In this document: piece by piece, positions 25,454 through 31,395 of the stretch
How positions within the stretch are numbered: position 1 is the stretch's first letter
Layout: every line of letters starts with the position of its first letter
Assembly: GCA_964519115.1 (NCBI GenBank)
Contig: CAZFHR010000002.1
Coordinates: 1-31,395, forward strand
Source of the DNA: an uncultured Candidatus Izemoplasmatales bacterium
GTDB taxonomy: Bacteria > Bacillota_I > Bacilli_A > Izemoplasmatales > Hujiaoplasmataceae
Direction of reading: 5' to 3'
DNA length: 31,395 bases
Translations under genes and position numbers: made by a program
The notes under the pieces: generated by a model
What the model saw: the letters and a program-made list of their open reading frames with translations, nothing else
What the model was told of the DNA's origin: nothing
Databases searched by the model: none

Positions 25454-26052
25454 TGCGGTTCCCGCAGGCGCTTGAATCGTTGATCCTTGAATTCATGAAG
25501 TATCCCGGTGTCGGCAGAAAGACCGCCGAACGATATGCGTTATATACCATCAACCGGATGGACGACGAAAGCGTCCGGGACTTTGCGACAGCCGTATCGT
25601 CCGCCAAGGCCTCGGTGCATGGCTGCCGCGTCTGCGGCCATTTGACTGATCAGGAGTTATGCGACATATGTGCCGATCCGCTTAGGGAACAAGACCGGAT
25701 TTTGATCGTCGAAGTGTCGAAAGACGCGTTTTCTATTGAAAAATCGGGTAATTATCGGGGATTGTATCATGTGCTGAACGGTGCGTTGTCGCCGATTAAC
25801 GGCATCGGTCCAGAAGAGCTGAATCTGACGGCTTTATGGCCGCGGATCCAAGATGAAAGAGTCAAAGAAATCATCATCGCCACTGGCTCCACGCAAGAGG
25901 GCGAGGCGACGGCCATGTATCTCAAACGCGTAGTAAAAGATATGGATTTGCTCGTCACCCGTATCGCGTACGGGGTGCCCGTGGGAGCAAACCTAGAATA
26001 CGCGGATGATGCCACGCTTGCGAAAGCGATCGAAAACCGACGGTCATTTTGA
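25453..26052 (+). CDS. recR: Recombination mediator RecR
   Basis: HhH PGVGRKTAER, zinc finger CRVC...CDIC, YHVLNGALSPINGIGP and TOPRIM EGEATA. Confidence 0.97.
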   Translation: MRFPQALESLILEFMKYPGVGRKTAERYALYTINRMDDESVRDFATAVSSAKASVHGCRVCGHLTDQELCDICADPLREQDRILIVEVSKDAFSIEKSGNYRGLYHVLNGALSPINGIGPEELNLTALWPRIQDERVKEIIIATGSTQEGEATAMYLKRVVKDMDLLVTRIAYGVPVGANLEYADDATLAKAIENRRSF

Positions 26053-26093
26053 TTCGATTTCCAAAAAAATTGATATTGCAGATGACTTTATTA

Positions 26094-26102
26094 TGATATA
26101 AT
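26094..26102 (+). promoter_or_regulatory. Extended -10 promoter of the small membrane protein gene
   Basis: TGATATAAT in an AT-rich gap. Confidence 0.65.
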
Positions 26103-26153
26103 ATTACTACATAGGGGCGGGGGGAATCTCCGCGACACAACTGGGGTGAAAAA

Positions 26154-26495
26154 ATGTCATTCAACAACTTTTTCCTGTTTGGAAGTTTCTTTGATACCAT
26201 TAAAACAACCATTGAAGATTTCGTCGGTCCGTTTATTACAAGCGGGCTCGAATTCTTCACCGGCTTGGCCGTCTGGCTTCAAGCCGTCGCCGTTCTTGTC
26301 GTGGCGATCTTCCTTTTGGTCGGAATCTTCGTTTTCATCAAGAAGTCCTTCAAATTGATCATCGTTATCGCGATTCTCGGAGGAATCGGTTATTTGCTGT
26401 ATTCCCAGGGCGTCCTGGATAGTTTGCTTGGCGGCTTGCTGAATACGACAACCGCGGGCTCCATCGTACAAAGCATAAGAGCGTTGCCTTTATAA
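26154..26495 (+). CDS. Small hypothetical membrane protein (113 aa)
   Basis: RBS GGGGTG, 2-3 hydrophobic segments, and its own promoter and terminator. Confidence 0.72.
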   Translation: MSFNNFFLFGSFFDTIKTTIEDFVGPFITSGLEFFTGLAVWLQAVAVLVVAIFLLVGIFVFIKKSFKLIIVIAILGGIGYLLYSQGVLDSLLGGLLNTTTAGSIVQSIRALPL

Positions 26496-26521
26496 ACTGA
26501 AAGGCAATTCTCTTTTTTTTT
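26478..26521 (+). terminator. Intrinsic terminator overlapping the gene end
   Basis: TTGCCTTT / AAAGGCAA core stem extended by GAG/CTC, then T9. Confidence 0.8.
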
Positions 26522-26639
26522 CGTAAGCTCCTTACCCCCGGTCGAAGCCTTTGCTTCCGGGGCTTGGGTCTTGCCGATTTAATCACGCTTACCGAGTCAC
26601 TACAAGGGACTTTTTTTACATTACAATAGGAGATATGCT

Positions 26640-27719
26640 ATGGAAATCAAAATGGTAAACTTGACGAAAATCTTCACTAGCAAGAACCGGAAAGAGGTTC
26701 GCGCCGTCGATCACGTGGATTTGGTGATCCCGACCGGAAAGCTCATCGGCCTGCTTGGCCCGTCCGGATGTGGCAAATCGACCACGCTGTACTTGATCGC
26801 CGGCCTGCTCAGACAAACGGAAGGGCAAATTTACTTCGGCAACGACGAAGTGTCGGAAATGCCGCCGGAACAACGGGGTATCGGCCTTGTATTTCAGAAC
26901 TATGCACTTTATCCGCACATGACGGTTCGGGAAAACATTCTCTTCCCGTTACAGAATCTGAAAGTTCCAAAAGAAGATGCGAAAAAGCAGACATACGACA
27001 TGGCGAAACTGGTCGGCCTCGAAGAACTGCTTGACCGGAAACCGAAAGAACTTTCCGGCGGGCAGCAACAGCGCGTCGCCATCGCCCGCGCCCTCGTCAA
27101 GAAACCGCGCGTCCTCCTGCTCGATGAACCGCTTTCAAACCTCGACGCCCGGCTGCGGTTGCAGACGCGCGAAGAAATCAAGCGGATCCAACGCGAAACC
27201 GGAATCACGACGGTCTTCGTGACCCACGACCAGGAAGAAGCGATGTCGATTTCCGATGAAATCGTCGTCATGAAGGACGGCATCATCCAACAGATGGGGC
27301 AACCTCAGGACGTCTACGATCATCCGAACAACCTGTTCGTCGCCAAATTTCTCGGCAATCCGCAGATCAACGTCTTTGATGGCGAAATCGTCGACGGCAA
27401 AGTCTTGATCGATGGCATGGCGTTCGCCGAGACCAAGCTTCCGAATCAGAAAATCATCGCCGGCATCCGTCCCGAAGGCTTCGTCGTCGACAAGACCAAG
27501 AAAAGCCCTTTCAAATTCGAGATCGACCTCGTCGAGACGATCGGCCGCGATACCACGCTGATCATCGAAGTCACGGCCGAGGAAAGCACGCTTCTGGACA
27601 AGAAAACGTTCAAGGCCATCGTCGATGCGGAATTCCGGATCAAGCCGAAAGACGTCGTCCACTTCATCATCAAGTCAGAGAAGATTCATCTGTTCGATTT
27701 AGACGGAAAGCTTTTATAG
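26640..27719 (+). CDS. CUT1 carbohydrate ABC transporter ATPase (MalK/MsmX/UgpC-like)
   Basis: [45 protein letters not shown] and VTHDQEEAM. Confidence 0.93.
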   Translation: MEIKMVNLTKIFTSKNRKEVRAVDHVDLVIPTGKLIGLLGPSGCGKSTTLYLIAGLLRQTEGQIYFGNDEVSEMPPEQRGIGLVFQNYALYPHMTVRENILFPLQNLKVPKEDAKKQTYDMAKLVGLEELLDRKPKELSGGQQQRVAIARALVKKPRVLLLDEPLSNLDARLRLQTREEIKRIQRETGITTVFVTHDQEEAMSISDEIVVMKDGIIQQMGQPQDVYDHPNNLFVAKFLGNPQINVFDGEIVDGKVLIDGMAFAETKLPNQKIIAGIRPEGFVVDKTKKSPFKFEIDLVETIGRDTTLIIEVTAEESTLLDKKTFKAIVDAEFRIKPKDVVHFIIKSEKIHLFDLDGKLL

Positions 27720-27728
27720 GGCCCGCCC

Positions 27729-28631
27729 ATGGAAACAAAGAACAATTGGAAAGCGTGGCTGTATCTGGCGCCGATGCTGTTGCTGATGTCCGTCTTCACG
27801 TTTTATCCTCTGATCAACGCCTTCATCATTTCTTTTTATAAGGGATATATGCCTTTGCGCAACACGGTCGAAGGGTTCACCCTGTTGGGCAACTATCTTG
27901 TGATTCTCAAACGGCCGGAGTTCTGGAATGCGGTCAAAAACACGTTTGTCATCGCATTCGTTTCCGTTCCGATCTCGATTTTCCTGTCGTTGCTCATTTC
28001 CACGGCCTTGAAGTCGATTCCGAAACTGACGAAATTCTTTCAAACGATTTTCTTCCTTCCTTATGTCACCAACGCGATTGCGGTCGGTATGACGTTCGCC
28101 GTCATGTTTAACAAAACCTACGGCCTCGTCAATCTGATTTTAGGATGGTTTGGCATCACCGCGATCGACTGGATCGGCGGAACCTCGAACTGGGGAACGC
28201 AGATGACGGCCCTGCTCGTCTTCACGATCTGGGAAAGCCTGGCGTTCAAGATCCTCGTGTTCACGAGCGGCATGCAGAACATCGACAAGCAGTATTATGA
28301 TGCGGCAAAAATCGATTCCGCCTCCAAGTGGACGGTGTTTCGCCGGATCACGGTGCCGCTTTTGTCGCCAATCATCCTTTACATCTCGATCACATCGATG
28401 ATCGGCGCCCTCAAGGCGTACAACACGGTCATCGGCTTGTTCGGAACCAAAATGGGAAATCCTTCCTATTCCATGATCACGATCGTCGCGTTCGTATACA
28501 AGTTCCGCGCCGAGCTGGCATCAAAAGGTTATTACAGTTATGCGGCAGCGGCCGCCATCATCCTTTTCCTCATCACGGTCACCTTCTCTTTGATTCAGGG
28601 TGTCGTGGCGAAGAAAAGGGTCCACTATTAG
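27729..28631 (+). CDS. CUT1 ABC permease 1 (MalF/UgpA-like)
   Basis: LAPML...FYPL, IFFLPYVT, EAA loop YYDAAKIDSAS and ITVPLLSP. Confidence 0.92.
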   Translation: METKNNWKAWLYLAPMLLLMSVFTFYPLINAFIISFYKGYMPLRNTVEGFTLLGNYLVILKRPEFWNAVKNTFVIAFVSVPISIFLSLLISTALKSIPKLTKFFQTIFFLPYVTNAIAVGMTFAVMFNKTYGLVNLILGWFGITAIDWIGGTSNWGTQMTALLVFTIWESLAFKILVFTSGMQNIDKQYYDAAKIDSASKWTVFRRITVPLLSPIILYISITSMIGALKAYNTVIGLFGTKMGNPSYSMITIVAFVYKFRAELASKGYYSYAAAAAIILFLITVTFSLIQGVVAKKRVHY

Positions 28632-28643
28632 GAGGTGCCGGCC

Positions 28644-29573
28644 ATGTCAGACGTTTTTGTCGTCAATGAAAAAGCCTATCGCACCAAAAAAATCCTTTCA
28701 AACGTCATCCTCTACGCCTTTCTCGTTTTCGTTGCGGTCATCATTCTGATTCCGTTCTATTGGATGATCCTGACATCGCTGAAGGACGCGAACGTCATGG
28801 AGGAGATTCCGCCCCTCCTTTTCCTGACGCCGTCCCAATGGAAAATCACGAATTATACGCAACTGTTCCAACTGGTCATGAGCGGCGAACGCCGCGGCCA
28901 GCCGCTGTTCCCGTTCTTCGTATACATGAAGAATACGGTGATCGTCTCTTTGATCACTACGGCGGGTACGACGATTACGACCGTGCTTGCTGCCTACGCC
29001 TTCGCGCGGCTGAATTTCAAAGGTCGCGATGCGATCTTTGCGATCCTGCTCGCAACGATGATGGTTCCAGGCGAAATCTTCATTCTCACGAATTTTCTGA
29101 CGGTAGCGAAAATGGGCATCATCACGTTCGAACAGACCTTCTATCAGGCCCTGATCGCGATGACGCTGCCGTTCATGACGAGCGTGTTCTATACGTTCTA
29201 TCTGCGGCAGACCTTCAAACAGGTTCCAAACGAATTGTACTATGCCGCCAAGGTCGACGGCACGACCGATTTCGGATATCTGATCCGGGTCATGATTCCG
29301 GTAGCGATGCCCACGATCATCACGATCATCATTTTGAACTCAATGGGCGCCTGGAGCGCCTATGTATGGCCGGCCATGATTACCATGAAGGACGAATACC
29401 GGCTTGTTTCTAACGGGTTGCGAGGTGCCTTTACGGACGCCGGAACCGGCAGAACCGATTTCGGGCAACAGATGGCGGCGGCGACGCTCGTCACGCTCCC
29501 GCTCCTCATTCTCTTCTTCGCATTCCGCAAACAAATCATGCGGGGCGTGTCGCGAAGCGGCATCAAAGGCTGA
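28644..29573 (+). CDS. CUT1 ABC permease 2 (MalG/UgpE-like)
   Basis: PFYWMILTSLK, AYAFARLNFKGRD, LATMMVPGE and YAAKVDG. Start set at ATG 28644 behind AGGAGG. Confidence 0.92.
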   Translation: MSDVFVVNEKAYRTKKILSNVILYAFLVFVAVIILIPFYWMILTSLKDANVMEEIPPLLFLTPSQWKITNYTQLFQLVMSGERRGQPLFPFFVYMKNTVIVSLITTAGTTITTVLAAYAFARLNFKGRDAIFAILLATMMVPGEIFILTNFLTVAKMGIITFEQTFYQALIAMTLPFMTSVFYTFYLRQTFKQVPNELYYAAKVDGTTDFGYLIRVMIPVAMPTIITIIILNSMGAWSAYVWPAMITMKDEYRLVSNGLRGAFTDAGTGRTDFGQQMAAATLVTLPLLILFFAFRKQIMRGVSRSGIKG

Positions 29574-29637
29574 TTCCGCCGAATATCGAGGCGGTCATTC
29601 ATTTTCCCATTCATCATCAAACTACAGGAGGATATCA

Positions 29638-31395
29638 ATGAAGAAAGTATTGTTACTGTTTGTGGCTTTGTTCACCCTCTTCACCACGCTGGGCTGTGTG
29701 GAGGTCCTCACGACCGAACCGACCACCACGGAACCGACGACTCAACCGACAACCGCACCAACCACGACGACGACGGGAATCACTCAGTCGACGACCTCGG
29801 GAACCGGAACAACCGCGACGGTCACCACGACCGACGCCCTGACTACGACGACCACGACGAGAGCGGTCGTATATGGTACCCTGCCGGATGATGAAATCGA
29901 AATCACTTTCTGGCATATTTACGGTGCCGGCAAGACGGCGCTTCTCGATCAGATCATCGCCGAATTCGAAGCGATGTTCCCAAACGTCACGATCACTTCG
30001 ACGTCGCAGTCCGATTACAACACGCTGCGTGAGAAAATTCAGCTTGGCATCGCCATTGGCCAGGTTCCGACGATGGCCCTCGGCTACCCGGATCATTTCG
30101 CCAACTATGTGGAAGCCAGCGCCGCGTATAAACTTGACAATTTCATCAACTCGAACGTCGTCTACGAGGTCACCGATTCGGCGTCTTCGATTTTCGGCGA
30201 AACCGTCACGACCTCCCTTGATTTGACCGACTTTGTCGAATCCTATCTCGAAGAAAACAATCAATATAAGGGTGGATACTATTATTCGGTTCCTTATTCC
30301 AAGTCGACCGAAACGATGGCCGTCAATGTCAACGTCCTGAAAGCCCACGTCGCGGAAATCCGCGCCCTCGGCATCACCATCTCCGACAACGGCTATCTCT
30401 CTCACAATATTCCCCTTACCTATACACAGATCCAGCAACTCGCAACCATCCTCGTCAATACCGGGGGCACGAATGCCGCATCGATGAAATGCGAATACTT
30501 GCTCAATTTTGACTCCTCCGGTAACATGTTCATCAATTTGAGCCGGCAGTTCAGCGCGCCCTATACGAATTCTTCCGGATCGATCCTGATCGACAACGCG
30601 ACCACGCGCTCGATGCTCAACTACATCAACGCGATGTTCAATAACAATACGTTCGTCCTCCCGATCGTCTGGGATCAGACGTACGGATCGACGAACTTCA
30701 TTTATGGTGATGTCTGCATGTCGGTCGGCTCGACCGCCGGCGTTACCTACAACATTCCAGCCTATAATCTTCCGACCGATCTGAACAAACTGAAATTAGG
30801 TAACTTCGCCGTCGACTTTGTGCAGACGCCGCAAAGCGTCACGGCAAACGGCACCGCCGTCACCGTTTCTTCCGGCGGCACCAACTACAACTTCACGGGA
30901 AACCGTTCTTCCGTCCAGCAGGGACCGAACATCGGCATCTTCTCCGACGCTTCCTCCGCGGAACGGCTGTATGCCTGGATGTTCATCAAATATTTGACCA
31001 GTACCGACAACACCGCCCGTTGGGCGATGGACACCGGCTATCTGCCGGCGCGGATCTCCGCTTATACGTCTGAAGTCGAAATCCGACTCACGGGCACGTT
31101 CAGCACCACCTATTACGACTTCCTGCAGATCGCTCAGGACTTCTGGGCCGCCGATGGCAGTCCGGATTGGGGCATCGACGACGAACGATGGGATTTCCTG
31201 CACAAATCGATGGTCGCCAACATCGCCCGCAATCAAAACGATTATTATCAATATGACCCGGCGTTCGCTGCCGGATCGAACAGCGCCGGATCGGCAACCG
31301 CCCGCGTGGAAGCGGGATACTGCCTGGAAAACATGTACACAGGAGCCTATACTCCCGAACAAGCGCTTAACAACATGAAGAGTCAGCTCATTTGG
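29638..31395 (+). CDS. CUT1 ABC substrate-binding lipoprotein, truncated by the right edge of the window
   Basis: Not in the ORF track. RBS AGGAGG 29626-29631; my translation gives MKKVLLLFVALFTLFTTLGC (lipobox), a Thr/Pro-rich linker, EITFWHIYG, GYPDHF, YYSVPYSKSTE and QQGPNIGIF. The frame ends ...PEQALNNMKSQLIW with no stop seen. Confidence 0.88.
   Translation, partial: MKKVLLLFVALFTLFTTLGCVEVLTTEPTTTEPTTQPTTAPTTTTTGITQSTTSGTGTTATVTTTDALTTTTTTRAVVYGTLPDDEIEITFWHIYGAGKTALLDQIIAEFEAMFPNVTITSTSQSDYNTLREKIQLGIAIGQVPTMALGYPDHFANYVEASAAYKLDNFINSNVVYEVTDSASSIFGETVTTSLDLTDFVESYLEENNQYKGGYYYSVPYSKSTETMAVNVNVLKAHVAEIRALGITISDNGYLSHNIPLTYTQIQQLATILVNTGGTNAASMKCEYLLNFDSSGNMFINLSRQFSAPYTNSSGSILIDNATTRSMLNYINAMFNNNTFVLPIVWDQTYGSTNFIYGDVCMSVGSTAGVTYNIPAYNLPTDLNKLKLGNFAVDFVQTPQSVTANGTAVTVSSGGTNYNFTGNRSSVQQGPNIGIFSDASSAERLYAWMFIKYLTSTDNTARWAMDTGYLPARISAYTSEVEIRLTGTFSTTYYDFLQIAQDFWAADGSPDWGIDDERWDFLHKSMVANIARNQNDYYQYDPAFAAGSNSAGSATARVEAGYCLENMYTGAYTPEQALNNMKSQLIW

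Noticed and set aside
4098-26102. Frequent TGn-extended -10 elements (4098, 9019, 9982, 11423, 15528, 19585, 21976, 26094)
   Set aside because: This is normal for Firmicutes sigma-A promoters. It is useful as a taxonomic hint but not novel.
26708-26721. Second CACGTG core as another parS site
   Set aside because: The flanks (CGAT...GATT) do not match GTTT/GAAAC, and it lies within the ATPase coding sequence.

Overview
Chromosomal, mostly housekeeping window from a low-complexity Bacillota-type genome. It uses genetic code 11: TGA ends pstA, pstB, phoP and prs at their expected C-termini. Sigma-A promoters with TGn extensions, an Asn T-box, Thr-rich lipoproteins and ispE-spoVG-prs without glmU suggest a basal Mollicute relative such as Izemoplasmatales (inference only). 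Gene order: pstSCAB-phoU-phoP-phoR; Y-family polymerase plus YolD-like gene; ispE, spoVG, prs; Asn T-box, AlkD-family gene, asnS; metallophosphoesterase lipoprotein; WG-repeat lipoprotein; a minus-strand cluster (127-aa hypothetical, NfeD, RDD, SPFH); ttcA-like gene convergent with mnmE, with a parS-like palindrome between them; a membrane hypothetical; a stand-alone PTS enzyme I N-terminal domain directly ahead of dnaX-ybaB-recR; a small membrane protein; and a CUT1 sugar ABC transporter whose binding protein runs off the right edge. No rRNA, tRNA, CRISPR array, transposase or integrase was recognised. Best leads: the EIN-only gene in the dnaX-recR unit, the AlkD-family gene under Asn T-box control, the parS site, the NfeD-RDD-SPFH cluster with phased promoter repeats, a mutagenesis cassette lacking an SOS box, and a roughly 120-aa PDZ-like insertion in PstA.
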